Shown: piece after piece, positions 25,101-37,616 of the stretch
How positions within the stretch are numbered: position 1 is the stretch's first letter
How the letters are laid out: each line of letters opens with the position of its first letter
NCBI GenBank assembly: GCA_002269645.1
Contig: NIVC01003206.1
Coordinates: 1 to 64,000 of the forward strand
Length of the DNA: 64,000 nt
From: Macrostomum lignano
Lineage: Eukaryota
Direction of reading: 5' to 3'
Notes under the pieces: model-generated
Told to the model about the DNA's origin: nothing
Database searches by the model: none
Seen by the model: only the letters and a program-made list of their open reading frames with translations
Position numbers and translations under genes: made by a program

Positions 25101-25621
25101 ATCGCCAGAAAGCCTCTTCCCACCAATGTCGATGGCTACGGGGTTAAAGAGCAACCTCTCAGACGCATGGATCGCCTACTACAACTCAAGCAAATTCCCG
25201 CCTGCCAGCCAGATCTTGATTAACTGCTCGCTCGACGTGAGCGTCTTCCAAATCCTCTACTGCAACGACAGCGGCCAGTGGGTGCCTGTTCAGTACAGCT
25301 ACGTGAACGACACTCTGGATCTCTGCATCGGGTCTTACATCAACTGTTCGATGGCTACGACTCCGACTCCAGTGCCGACAACGACGCTTGTAGTTGAGAC
25401 CACGACTGAAACACCAACGGAAACCACCGAGGATACAACCACGGTTACGTCGAATGCGACCACAGTAACAGTAGATATAACCAGCTCGACAACACCCATC
25501 ACAACAACGAGTGTTAAGACAACAGACACCACTACTGTCGAAGCATCTACTGCTGCAGAAACCACTACAGCAGAATCTATAGTCACTTCTAGCGCCGCTA
25601 CCACCGCTGCAAGCACAGCCT
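19113..25621 (+). CDS. Secreted/surface multi-C-type-lectin-domain protein with Cys-rich (sushi-like) modules and Thr-rich mucin stalk, paralog 1; exons 19113-19357, 21679-21917, 22192-22333, 22675-22925, 23007-23196, 23277-23860, 23939-25621; 3' exons unresolved (candidates ~25672-25743 and 26400-26519)
   Basis: Signal peptide MSQPGALLLLLLLASASVVYVAEG; phase-consistent GT-AG exons matching paralog 2. CTLD-like segments: SFWVGA…NAICEV; CYAEVNKCFF…CAMI…WEQC…YICYE; SYEKAKQKC…YFTGI…DCN; FKEAAAVCK…IWVN…WNWSDG…QCAYI…DSCN…VVCQF. The ORF track reads through the stop-free 78-nt intron 23861-23938. Domain names come from motif recognition, not an HMM search. Confidence 0.8.
19398..21622 (+). mobile_element. 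Degenerate piggyBac-like transposon in intron 1 of paralog 1, CTAG target-site duplication
   Basis: CTAG at 19394-97 and 21623-26; single CTAG at the orthologous empty site 29600-03. Ends CCCTCGAAAG…CGTTCAAGG; subterminal palindromes GGGGTCCATTGGACCCC near both ends. Transposase fragments from 20558 to ~21380 (TTREEINAFIGLNILRG…LWSEEFGRRVFKNSMSLTRF; DKLAAVR…PNEAVTVDEQLFPYRGRC) match the DDE_Tnp_1_7 type, with frameshifts and truncation. Confidence 0.9.
19735..20425. mobile_element. MITE with ~250-bp TIRs and TA duplication (Tc1/mariner-type), nested in the piggyBac
   Basis: TA|CTGTCCGTCAAAAGTTCCGGAACCCTTG…CAAGGGTTCCGGAACTTTTGACGGACAG|TA; arms ~19735-19985 and ~20178-20425. Confidence 0.9.
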
Positions 25622-26574
25622 GTAAGTTTATGTTTTGGTTGTAATATTTTCAATGAACTCATGACTTTTAGATCGAGAAAAAGCAGTCTAGATAATGATG
25701 GACAATGCGTCAGATTCCCTGGCAAAATCTTCAAACCCGAAATGGTAAGTTGGAAAGTTACTTTTCTTGTGTTTTTGTATCATTTGTAAATTGAAAGTTT
25801 CTTAAGAGAATAATTGGGGTAAGTAAAGGTTTATGGCAACGGTTCCATGCATTTGGTTTTGCACTTGATATGAAATACTGTCTGCAAAGGATGTCGAGCT
25901 TTTCTTCCGTGGCTCGTACGAATCGTTTTGTTTTTTTTCTAATAATTGAGCAAGTGAACTGTGTGAGTTTGACGGAAATCAACTGAAATTACTTTCTTTA
26001 CAAACTTTATACAAGTTATTGCGCATATTTTTGTATTTTTTACTTTGAATTGAGCAGAATTGTATTTATCTACAATTTACCATTTTTCCTGTACGAGCGT
26101 ACAGACGATGTGCATTAATTGGAACCCATGACTGAGTTTGAGTTGTAGCAGGTTACACTTGGTTAGAAGTTTAAGCTGTACTTTTTAATTCTTCCGTTCT
26201 CCATTTTAAGCTTTTGTTTGAATATCCAGTGGGTTTCTTATTATTTTGTAAACCTGTGATTGATAATTTGAATTTATGACAAATAGAAAAAGTTTTCCAG
26301 GTGACGGACTGTTCGGTTCTTTGAAGCATGCAGCTGAAGCAGCTATAGTCGTTATTCAGTTAAGTCGAAAACTTATTTTATATTCTTAATTATTTGCAGA
26401 CGGCTGTGAGCTCCCTAGCACCCCCGGGTCTCCTTCGTCGATACCACCACCCCAGGGACGGTGATAGAGCGTGGCTCGCACAACACCAATGAGCATGAGA
26501 AGAGCATGTACATGTACAGGTTTCAGTCCCTTAAACGTTGGCTTTCGTGTGCTTATTTAATTACGCAATCGATA

Positions 26575-26983
26575 ACATGTTTCATATATAGCATGTTTCA
26601 CATATAGCATGTTTCATATATAGCATGTTTCACATATAGCATGTTTCATATATAGCATGTTTCATAGATAGCATGTTTCATATATAGCATGTTTCATATA
26701 TAGCATGTTTCATATATAGCGTGTTTCATATATAGCATGTTTCATAGATAGCATGTTTCATATATAGCATATTTCAAATATAGCGTGTTTCATATATAGC
26801 GTGTTTCAAATATAGCATGTTTCATAGATAACATGGCTCATATATAGCATGTTTCATAGATAGCATGTCTCATATATAGCATGTCTCTTATATAGCATGT
26901 TTCATAGATAGCATGTCTCATATATAGCATGTCTCTTATATAGCATGTTTCATAGATAGCATGTTTCATAGATAACATGTTTC
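26575..26983. repeat. 16-bp minisatellite (GCATGTTTCATATATA)
   Basis: Direct inspection. Confidence 0.95.
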
Positions 26984-27324
26984 AAAACGTACGAAAGTAG
27001 ATAGAACAGTTTTTCGGGGAGAATACTAAATATTTGTGAGAAAAATCCGTAAATGTACATTAAACAATGAAAATCTCACTATTGGAGGGGGCGGTTCACA
27101 ATTGTCGGAGATCAAAGTGCAGCACTTAAAAAACACTAAGAAGATGGCTTACGCCACTTTATGTACAGTCGTATGCTGAGTGTTCAAATTAGAGTTAGGT
27201 TTCACATAATGTGCTCCTTGCGCTCCTTGCTCGCCCGAGTCAGGACGCGAGTGTTTCAGCTTCCCGAAATCTGGGGCGTCAGGACGCTCCCACTTAACTG
27301 TTGCCCATGTCAGGACGCTGGGGC

Positions 27325-27803
27325 GGGTCGCCATCATAAGCTCGAAAAATCACATCGTCGAAAACAAGGCTCCATCACAAGCTCGAAAAGTCACAAGCTC
27401 GAAAGATCATATGTTCGAAAACTGATTTAGCAACCACCATCACAATCTTGAAAATATTTAAGCTCGAAAAATCACATCGTCGAAAAGTTTAGCAAACATC
27501 ATCACCAGCTCGAAAAGTCACAAGCTCTAACCCTAACCCTAAGGCACCAGTACCCTAGCCTAACCCTGAACCATAACCCTAACCCCAACCCTAACCTAAC
27601 CCTAAACCCTAACTTAAAGGCACAAGTTCTAACCCCAACCCTCAACTTAACCCTAAGCCCTAATCCTAAGGCACAAGCTGTAACCCTAACCCTATTCGAG
27701 CTTGTGATGGTGTTTGCTAATCTTTTCGACGATGTGACTTTTCGAGCTTGTGATGGTGGATGCTTTTCGACGATGTGATTTTTCGAGCCTGTGATGGGCC
27801 CCC
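27325..27803. mobile_element. Non-autonomous TIR element with 8-9-bp TSD and internal telomere-like (CCCTAA)n tract
   Basis: TIRs GGGTCGCCATCATAAGCTCGAAAAATCACATCGTCGAAAA / TTTTCGACGATGTGATTTTTCGAGCCTGTGATGGGCCCCC; flanks (C)GCTGGGGC at 27316-24 and 27803-11; degenerate CCCTAA at ~27526-27693. Confidence 0.8.
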
Positions 27804-29318
27804 GCTGGGGCACCAGCCACCTGCACCTAAGCGTCAGGACGCACAGGCTGACACGGCATCTGAAGCGGCATCAGGACACACTCTTAACTGTCCCTTTGAC
27901 AACCGAGAGAACAAAGGCAGAGAGCGAAGTCACTACTTGGCGGCAGTAACGGGATGAGCGGGCCAATTATGAATCTTTGTAGGTCTTCCATCTCAGTACA
28001 TTTTGGCTTCATATTTTCACTAGTTAACGCAGATCCAGGGTGCGACGAGACTAAGGACCACCGACAAGGATGACAGGACGTAAAACTCAAAGAATTCAAA
28101 GGAAACTCAAAGGATTATTTGAACATATATATTTTTCCTATCTCCCAACTGTATTTTTTTGTCCTAGAAATTCTCCAAAAATTACACGATCTTTGAAGTT
28201 TACGTCCTGTTATACTACAGTGGTCCATGAGCTAAATACTCACCGCCCTCCCGCGGCCAGGAGAGAAGGCCATAAGCCTTCCAGCCCACCACCCCACCAC
28301 AAACCCTCCTGACCGGCCACTACTCCACGCCGGCCAATCACAATGCGGGGGAGAGAGGGAGGAAACTGAGAAAGCTCCCTGGCTCAACCAATCAGCTCTC
28401 AGAGGCAGAACAAGTGCTATCGTTTGATTGAAAGTGATAAAAGTAATATAATTAACGTTAATAGCCAATTTCTATTTAAGCAATCGCTTTACCACGATAA
28501 CCAATATTTACATGTAGGTTCCTTTTCGACTTGTAGCTGTAACACTTACCTGTCTTAGCTTGACTTCTTGAGCCTAAATTTGAACTTTAAAACATTATGT
28601 CAGGAGAGGCAAACACTCCGTTAGATAGTGCTCACATTAGTTATCAGTGAGGTGCTAAACAGTGAGGTGCATTCTCTAAAATTTTCGTAGGTTTCCCGAA
28701 AAATGAAAAAAATATCAGTTAGATAATGTGTTAAGCGCTCAGTGGATACACCCCCTCCCCAAGTCCCAACCTATAAATCAACTCATGCGACTGAACGGGT
28801 GTGCATTTCACAACCCACGCTCACACCATTCAGAAGGCCTCCTCACGGACAGAGAGTTAAAAGCAGCAACAGTCGCTACGGCTGTCCAAGCCTCACTATT
28901 GCCCCTAGCAACGCAACGGGAAAAACAAAATTCTAATGACGGATGTCTCCTCTCTACCCCAATCCTCTTTCTTCCTTATGCAAGGCCGGACGCACAGAAT
29001 CTCAATAACAAGATCCCCCTCTGAGGCCGGGCATCCGCTATTCTACACTGTCTCCCTTTCTGCTTTTCAACAATCGCCAATAAGCCGCGACTGTAACCAA
29101 CAGAGCGCATCGGCAAAGTCAGACCACCCCATCATTCCCGTGGCCTATGAGGCGGCGCCACTCTACAGAGTTAAAAAGCCGCCTACTGGCAAATTTTCGA
29201 GACTTTGCTTCTCAGTCCGGCGGTAACGCAACTTCCTGCCTGCTTGCCATTGTTCCAATCTCCGACTTTACGGCTACTCTGGAATTTCTTGATTCAATTT
29301 CTTGAAGCTAATCAGGCA

Positions 29319-32300
29319 ATGTCGCAGCCAGGGGCATTGCTGCTGCTGCTGCTTCTCGCCTCGGCCTCGGTTGTCTCGGTGGCTGAAGGTAGTTGCAGTC
29401 AGACCGTCTGTCCTAGCAACACCGACTGGTGCCACCGGTTCCACCTGGTCTCCACGACACCTGCCGCCTGTAGCACGCCGCCTACAGCTTGCCAGTTCCT
29501 CAACCTGACCACGCTCCAGATTCTTCGAAGCCACATCAACGAGCTAATGACGTCCGAAAGCGGGTTGGTGACTTCCACTCACTGCTCTTAGAGTCTAGAC
29601 TAGAAGATAATAGAGTATCGATAAATGTCAAAAGATCTTTTTTTTGTTTTCAGATCTTTCTGGGTCGGAGCCACGTCCGCACCGAGCCCTGCGACACTCG
29701 GCGCCTGCTGGTCGCACAGCCTGAGCCAAGTGGCTTCGATTCCAGTCACTGGCGGCGCTACCGGCACGCTTGTGACGGTGAAGCGGGGCGCAAGCGGAGA
29801 AGTGACGTACTCGTTCGCCAATCACGGCGATTCCAACAATGCGATCTGCGAAGTCCCCATCGCGAATAGCGACGCTATTACCACTGGCGACAGTAAGTCT
29901 GTCTGGCTTTACTGAACAGTTTTTTTACAAAACCCTTCCATTTAACAAATCAGAGTCCGAGGTTTCTGAATTTTAACATAATTCTTTTAGAGGGTTTAAA
30001 AGCTATTAGGCTTCTTTTACAGTTGTATTCACTAGCAAACTGATTCAAAGACTCAATCTTAAATCAAAACAGTCTTCGTATGTGGATTTTGTTCACAATC
30101 ATAAGAATTAAGCAATCTTCCGATTACATTAACCTAAGCTAGTACTATTGACAATAGTTTCAGTACAAACGTTGCAACTATTTTTTCTTTTAAAATATAC
30201 ATGCTCAAAAAGAAAGTTATTTTTAATAAATTTTAGAGCTCTGCTACCCGGAAGTCAACAAGTGCTTCTTCCCAAATGTGACCGCCGCTCCCATGAGCAC
30301 GCACTTCACCAACTGTGGAGGAATTGCCATGGCGAAGGTCGCCACCGCAGCCAACGCTAGGGAGGAAGCAGCGCTGCTGTGAGCTCATCTGATGTGTTGA
30401 CTGCTTTGTCTAGAATCCTTCGTGGAAGGTGGTTGCGAATTTAAACTTTAGACAGCAGTTTATTCCTGAGTCCCGGGGCAACTCCGCAGTTGGAAAACAA
30501 GTTGTGCACAGTTAGCCATCGAAAACCTTAGCTTAAAGTAATCCCGAATATTGGGGGTCCGTAGCCCAGCGGTGGCGCAGCTGCTCTGGTGTGCCGCGAC
30601 CCAGGCTCGATTCCAAGTGCAGCCACATTAATTTGGGGCTGAATTGGAATTTCGGCTTGGCTCGCCTGTGCAATTAACGGCCTTGAGAGCCAACCCCCCA
30701 AGGCGCAGTGAAGTGTACATGCCTAACAATTGATAAAGTTAGGGCCGCTGTACACTCCTGTGTGAGTGTGTGCCTGCGTAACGTATCCGCGCGCTTGTAT
30801 GCCTGCTCAGGGGAGTCGGCGGAATGGGCAGTAATGCCTCTCGCCGGTTGTGTGCCTATGTCGCTTAAAGTGCGCCAGGGTGCACACAACCCCCCCTGCC
30901 TCTAACAATAAAAAAAATCCCGAATATTGCACCGCCTAGTCTTCCTGGATATTGCGCTGGGACCAAGAGGTACCTCCATTCCAAAAAAATGAATCCGTAA
31001 CTTTTCCGCTATGCTACTTCTACTACGAATGTTATATGTTACATGTATATGTACGTAGTATGTTCTACTACGTATGTTAACTTTCTACGGCCACTTTGCA
31101 CCCTTCACTCAATCGCAGAGACTATTTTAACTATCTGCCGAAGTCCGACACCACCAATTACTTTATCAACGCTGCCGTCTGTTCTCTGCCTTACACCTTC
31201 AACTCGACTGGAGAAGTACTTCCCATGACGGAGTCTTGGAGTTACGCTCCAACAACGAAAATCAGAGACTTGAGTCAGCTCGCCTGCGCCATGATCAACG
31301 CTAGTAATGCCTTGAACTGGGAGCAGTGCCCCGCTAGCCCAACAAGCTACATCTGCTACGAAGAAATCCGTGAGTAACGCCAGTCTTGAAACTGACTACA
31401 CGTTTTTACTTCCCCAGTAACTGATACAACTGAGCTCGGTGCAATTTCAGCTCCAGCCGTGAGCGACCAGATATGTCAGAACGACTACTGCCACAGCTTC
31501 TGGCCCATGGCTCCAAACCCAGGCATCTCGTACGAAAAGGCCAAGCAGAAGTGCAACTCGTCAATGCCGATGCGAAACGGCTTGTTGGAGCTGCTGGGCG
31601 AGAGCTCGCTGCTTCCGTTCCGAGTTGTGAACGCCTCAAGGTGAGTACAGGCGTTATTTAAATGCCTCCATGGATAGAAAGTTCCATGGATATTTTATTA
31701 TAAGTTCACTCTCATTTCAGCACGTCAAAGTATTTCACTGGAATTAAGAAGTCAGCTTTGAGCGCGCGACAGTTCATGTGGAATGCAAGCACATTTTCGA
31801 GTTTAAGTGTCACTAGCGGAGCTTCTGATGACGCCAAGCACTGCATAATTGCCACAAAATCAGCATCTGCATTATCATACAGCGTCGCTGACTGCAATGT
31901 CCAACAATCCACTAAAGTAGCATGTGGAAGCCCCGCGACTTTCGAAGCAGCGACTTCTGCCGCCAGGACATTCAAGGAAGCTGCAGCTGTGTGCAAAGGT
32001 GTTTCGAAAGAGCTACCATTCAGTGAAACAGATGTTACGAATGTGCTTACTAGTGACGGCTCCATCTGGGTGAACGCGTTTGAGTACCAGCCTTGGAACT
32101 GGTCGGACGGACAGTCCATATTCAATGAGAAAAGTCCGATCGGCGACGCCCTCGCAGTGCAGCTGCTTCAATCACCGAACGTGCGCTATAACCAAGAGCA
32201 ATGCGCATATATTCAAGTGGACTCGACGAACAATGTCGCTACTCTATCTCTGGTTATCGATAGCTGCAACATGAATGAATCAGTAGTCTGTCAGTTCAGT

Positions 32301-34374
32301 AAGTACCTGATGACCATGCTTTGTGCGAAAGTGATTGTATCAGTAAATTTACACTGTTTTCTGAATTACTTTGCAGACTCTACAAAGTGCAGCGGAGTTC
32401 CGAGATACGATTACGGCTACATCAGTGGAACAGTGAGTAACAACCAGACTGATTCTTCATTCAGCGTCGATGTTCTGAACGGAAGCTGCCCGATGGATTT
32501 GGGCACGGAGTTCGCCACACAGTCGGCCGTATTCTTTTCTTGCATCAACTACAACACTACATACGTGGGAAACGAGACTACTATGGTGCAGTCGCAGTGC
32601 TCTATGAGCGGTCACGGACCTGATTGGTCTCCAATAATGAACTCGAACCTGTGCGTGAGCAACTTCTGTGACACGAGACAAGTAGTGGATTACTCATATC
32701 CGAACAACATTGTTTACCTGAACGCTTCTGCTGCGGATGGTTCTTCTCTCGGCAACGATAAGCCGTACATCGAGAACGGCACAAAGATGACTCTATCCTG
32801 CAAGCCTGGAGCAAGGCTGGTCAAAGTCGATGACAACTTTGAAAAGGGCAACGCCATCTCTAACGAAGTCACGTGTCTTCAGTCGAGCTGGACTTACTCG
32901 GTTGCAAGCTTTTCCAACAGCACCACTATTCAGGTGTGCGACAAGACGACATCCGACACTAAGCTGCTCAAATGTGAGCCAATCAGGTGCAACACGAGCG
33001 ACTTCAAGTACCTGAAGTCGATTGACGATCGCATCGGAAAGCTTTTCCTAGACCAGAACGAAATGCTGACGGTAAATTGTACAACAAACGCTAGTGCAGT
33101 GTTCAACCTCCACCCCAGCCTAAACATTAAGTGCATTCTCACCGGAGACTACACCTATGGCTACGCCATTTCCAATGTGTTTATGGGCACAAATGTAACC
33201 CAAATTTGGGACAACAGCAACATCACTCTACTCGACGAGACCATTGACGCTGTGTGTCGGTCCACTGAATTTCTGGCTTGTCCGCGAAACCACACTTGGT
33301 TGTCTGAATCGGCTCTCGAGATCACGTCTCTGAGCACAAGCTGGCCTGGGTACACTTCGAGCAGCTCAGCTTTTCCTCCGAACTCTACCTTGACACTTCG
33401 CTGCATCGAGCCGCGAGTCAGCGATCGCCTGTGGACAAGCATTGGAGAAACGAGCACGATGTGGTGTCCAATGACCAAAGCCGACGCGAGTCTTCAATGG
33501 GAAGGTCCGAGTCTCAGTTGCAACTATGAGACTTGTCCATCGCCAGAAAGCCTCTTCCCACCAATGTCGATGGCTACGGGGTTAAAGAGCAACCTCTCAG
33601 ACGCATGGATCGCCTACTACAACTCAAGCAAATTCCCGCCTGCCAGCCAGATCTTGATTAACTGCTCGCTCGACGTGAGCGTCTTCCAAATCCTCTACTG
33701 CAACGACAGCGGCCAGTGGGTGCCTGTTCAGTACAGCTACGTGAACGACACTCTGGATCTCTGCATCGGGTCTTACATCAACTGTTCGATGGCTACGACT
33801 CCGACTCCAGTGCCGACAACGACGCTTGTAGTTGAGACCACGACTGAAACACCAACGGAAACCACCGAGGATACAACCACGGTTACGTCGAATGCGACCA
33901 CAGTAACAGTAGATTTAACCAGCTCGACAACGCCCGTCACGACAACATCGACAACAGAATCTACCACAACTACATCTACTTCGACAACTGCCACAACTAC
34001 TGAAACTACTGAAACCACTACTACTACTACTGAAGCCACTGCCTCAACAACCGAAAATACTACTGCTGCTGCCGGAGCTACTACCACAACAACCGCAACT
34101 ACTAGTGCTGCTGCTGGAGGCACAACCACAACAACCGAAACTACTGCTGCTGCTGCTGGAGGCACTACCTCAACAACCGAAACTACTGCTGCTGCTGCTG
34201 GAGGCACTACCTCAACAACCGAAACTACTCCTGCTGCTGCTGGAGGCACTACCTCAACAACCGAAACTACTGCTGCTGCTGCTGGAGGCACTACCTCAAC
34301 AACCGAAACTACTACTACTGCTGCTGGCGGAACCACCACCACTACAGCCGGCGCTTCAACTGCAACTACTACCT
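29319..34374 (+). CDS. Multi-C-type-lectin/sushi-like/mucin protein, paralog 2; exons 29319-29563, 29654-29892, 30237-30378, 31119-31369, 31451-31640, 31721-32298, 32377-34374; 3' end unresolved
   Basis: Same exon sizes and phases as paralog 1 (exon 6 is 6 nt shorter). Longer Thr/Ala/Gly stalk with 14-aa AAAAGGTTSTTETT repeats (~34105-34330); donor ACCT|GTAAGT at 34374. Confidence 0.8.
30554..30915 (+). mobile_element. tRNA-derived SINE (family B) with poly(A) tail and 14-bp TSD, in intron 3 of paralog 2
   Basis: TSD AATCCCGAATATTG at 30540-53 and 30916-29; A-box-like TAGCCCAGCGGT, B-box-like GGCTCGATTCC; AATAAAAAAAA tail. Confidence 0.85.
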
Positions 34375-35389
34375 GTAAGTTATTTCTTTCTCTATAAAAT
34401 TTTGCTTCCATTTCAGACTGTCAAAGTGTACATTGCTGAAGATGATGTCGACTACTCGGCCGTAAAATTGAAGTAAGTTAGGGTTTTTCATGATTTTGGA
34501 CAAATTTCAATATTGCGAGTTGTACACATCGATTTCGGGTAAGATTATAAGGTAAGCTTGCTCCTTAAAAGTCTGTTCGATTTTTCTGCGGTAATTGAAT
34601 GATGTTATTTTTCGAATTTATGTTCAGAAGTGACAGTCCTTAATCTATAAATTATTTTCTGAGATGTTTTACCCATCTTTGATTCTTTTCATATCTGAAC
34701 ACCTGAACATATCTGCTCGCTTATTTGTAGCATTTCATTTTGCTTTTTCAGCTTTGAAACTTGTAAAGCTTGTATAACTAATTATACCGTAAATTTTGTG
34801 CCAATAAATTTGTCATTTGCTGAGTAAATTTCTTGAAAAAAGGGCATTTTTACGTTCGTAAATACTTGAAATTCTACGATCTTTTGTAGATCTAACACTC
34901 TGACGAGCTGATACTGATATTCGGTTAATAATTAATTATTGGCAGTGTAATGTGTAGAGACTTGTTGATCGTCATTTTAAAAAAAATAAAAACCGTACTG
35001 AGTAAATAAACCTTTTTTGGTACTTTTATGGTACTTCATGTCAATATTGATAATTAAAAGTGTAAAGTCCGGCGCGGTGATTCGAGTTGTTTCTTGCAGC
35101 TTTGGACACACATACATGCATGTTGCTCATAATCAACTTGGCTTGTCAGCATCATAGTGGATAGTACTTTTTGCTTGCAAAAACATTAAGAAATACCAAT
35201 TAGTCAGCTGATGACGGTTGGAACATATCAGCTACTGCTCGGTCAAAAATGATTTAAATTTGAAAATACGCTCGAAGAAATAATTTTCTCATTCCAAGTC
35301 TTAAATTACAATTTACAATTAAATTACAATTGACAATACTCCTGAAAACTGTTTTTGGGTAGTCGTTATTATACGCTTATGTATGCGTA

Positions 35390-35700
35390 TGCCGCAGCTC
35401 GCGGCATCCTGAGGTCCGACTTCCCTGCCTGGCCTACGCTGACGACATGCCCTTGTCTGCAAAAAAGAGTCGGCACAGAGAGCAACAAAGCGTCTCTTCA
35501 AAAAGGAAGCCCACGTAGGTCTGCAGATCAGCGCCAAGAAGACCGAGATGCTTCCTGTGGGCACCGAGACTGCCCCGCCTCTGACGCTGCCCGATGGGGA
35601 GACAATTAATAGCCGTCTATCAGGGCTTTAAATACCCTCGGCATCCGGGTCATGGGACCCAATGTCATCATTCAAGATCGGTTGCAGCAGGCTTGACAAC
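35390..35700 (+). mobile_element. Non-LTR retrotransposon (RTE-like) reverse transcriptase fragment, degenerate
   Basis: Translation gives LPCLAYADDM (YADD motif) then GLQISAKKTEML, with frameshifts and stops. Confidence 0.75.
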
Positions 35701-35734
35701 AACAAATTTTTTGTTCCACGTTTTTTTAAGAGAA

Positions 35735-36095
35735 AGGGCCTGTCAACTTATGCTCATAAAGTGAAGCCCGAGTAACCTATGTACACAAATGATATGTCAT
35801 TCTGCTCACAGTGACACCAGGAAGCTGGATTCATCAAAAAAATACAAAAATTTGACCTGGGATAGGAGAGAACAAGCAAGGGGATAATTAGGGACTCCAA
35901 CTTACAAGCTGAAGTTTACATACGAGCGTAGTAGTCCCTAATTATCCCCTTGCTTGTTCTCTCATATCCCAAGTCCAATTTTGGTCACTTTTGCAAATCC
36001 AATTTCCTAGTGTCACTGTCACAGTCACTGAATGACCTATCATTTGTGTACAAAGGTTACTCGGGCTCCACTATGAGCATAAGTTGACAGGCCCT
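35735..36095. mobile_element. Foldback/MITE-like element with ~160-bp imperfect inverted arms and a 36-bp spacer
   Basis: AGGGCCTGTCAACTTATGCTCATA…GATAATTAGGGACT / AGTCCCTAATTATC…TATGAGCATAAGTTGACAGGCCCT. Confidence 0.85.
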
Positions 36096-37616
36096 CTGCG
36101 CACATTGTACTTTTTGGCATGGAAGATAAATTTATAACCTTCACTTTAACACCCAGTTCGGGGTTCTTGGCATTCTCAGTAGTCATTTTCAAGTTATTCT
36201 CCTTATCTGATACATTGTTTTCCTGTACGGTGTGAAACTCAAAAGACCCCATGACCATCGTAGATTCATGTATCTATCAAGCAGAGAGCGGCTACAAGGC
36301 AGAAATGAAAAACAGGCAAGAACTCCCATGAATTTTTTGCCAAGCTCTCATCCCGCCCGCTTCTAGCTATGCGGGGTTTAGTTTGCTTGGTTGTCATGGC
36401 GATGGACGGGTAAACACCCGCTTTGGGTAGGAAAAGATGCGGGAAGGATGCCTTGCACCACCCCCCCCCCATTTTTATTCTGTAGTTCCGGCTCCATCTG
36501 CTGTACAGCGCTTTTAGTAACCATGTGCAGTGTTACAAGCTGAGGGCGGCTGCAGAATGCAACTGCAGCGGAGAGACTTTGCGAGGAGACAAATGGAGGC
36601 GCTGAGGAGAGAGGTGGCCGCAATGGGAAGAACAGCTTTGCAGGGGAAGAGAAGCCAGCTGCCTCTCTGTCCCGCAGCGCTGTTCGTCAGACCAAGCCCA
36701 GAGAGTAGAGCCTAGGACTCTGGTGTTTGAATGCATTTGCTAGAAATAATGAAACAAGACGGTAAAGTGAGCTGTACGGAGCCGGATATCGACCGGTAGG
36801 CAGCATCCGCAAAGCCTCTGGCAGAACGTAGGGGGGTGGCAGCGGTTTGCAACTGTTCAAAATTTCATCCCATTCTTTGCATTGTGTCTGCAGCGACTTC
36901 AATATGCATGCAGTAGGAGAGCCAGTGTCTCTTTCAATGCGACTGCCTCAATGTTGTGTGTTGCTATGGGCAGCCGGCTCGGATTTTTTGGGAAAAAATA
37001 TCCAGCACTGTCAATTTTTTATGCGCCCACGGAAAAAGAGCTTATCCGGCATGCTTTTCAGCTTTTCAAGGTTCTGTTTAACCGTGAAGCATTGTAAAAA
37101 TCCTGACTCCTCCAAGATGATGTCTGTCATTGAGTCGGCCCAATTTACACGAAATAGCTTTAGAGCTGTGCATACCGATTGTGCAAGCTGACATTCGCAT
37201 CTTACTATGGAAATTGTTGACTTGGTTTCAGCTTTGCCTATCGTGTCTAATTAATTCTGTACAGGTCTAGATACTACGTAGGTTTACTAATTGTAGCCTG
37301 GCTTAAGCTCCAACCGTGTCAGCAGTTTGTTCTGCTTCTGTTTTCTCGGCTTCGTCGCAGGTAGGGCATGCCTGCAGACTGGCTCTAATTTAGTAGCAAA
37401 CTCTGACTTCACGCGCCCCCTCTCCTTCCCCTCTCTAGGGTTTTAATGTAAATAATTGATTCACCCATGCAGAGTCCTTAGCTAAAACGACGAGTATTTT
37501 TAACTCGTACTCAGCCGTGAGATGTTTCTCTTAGAGCTTTTCTGGAACCCGTAACACAGAATGACGGGATCCTTCACATGGAAACAGTCTGAGCGTAATT
37601 ACAAAAAGTGTATCTA

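Noticed and set aside
27526-27693. Chromosome end or true telomere
   Set aside because: Short, degenerate and enclosed by TIRs and a TSD.
33773-34476. Val/Ala-rich minus ORF and Leu-rich plus ORF
   Set aside because: Antisense and alternate-frame shadows of the Thr-rich mucin exon.
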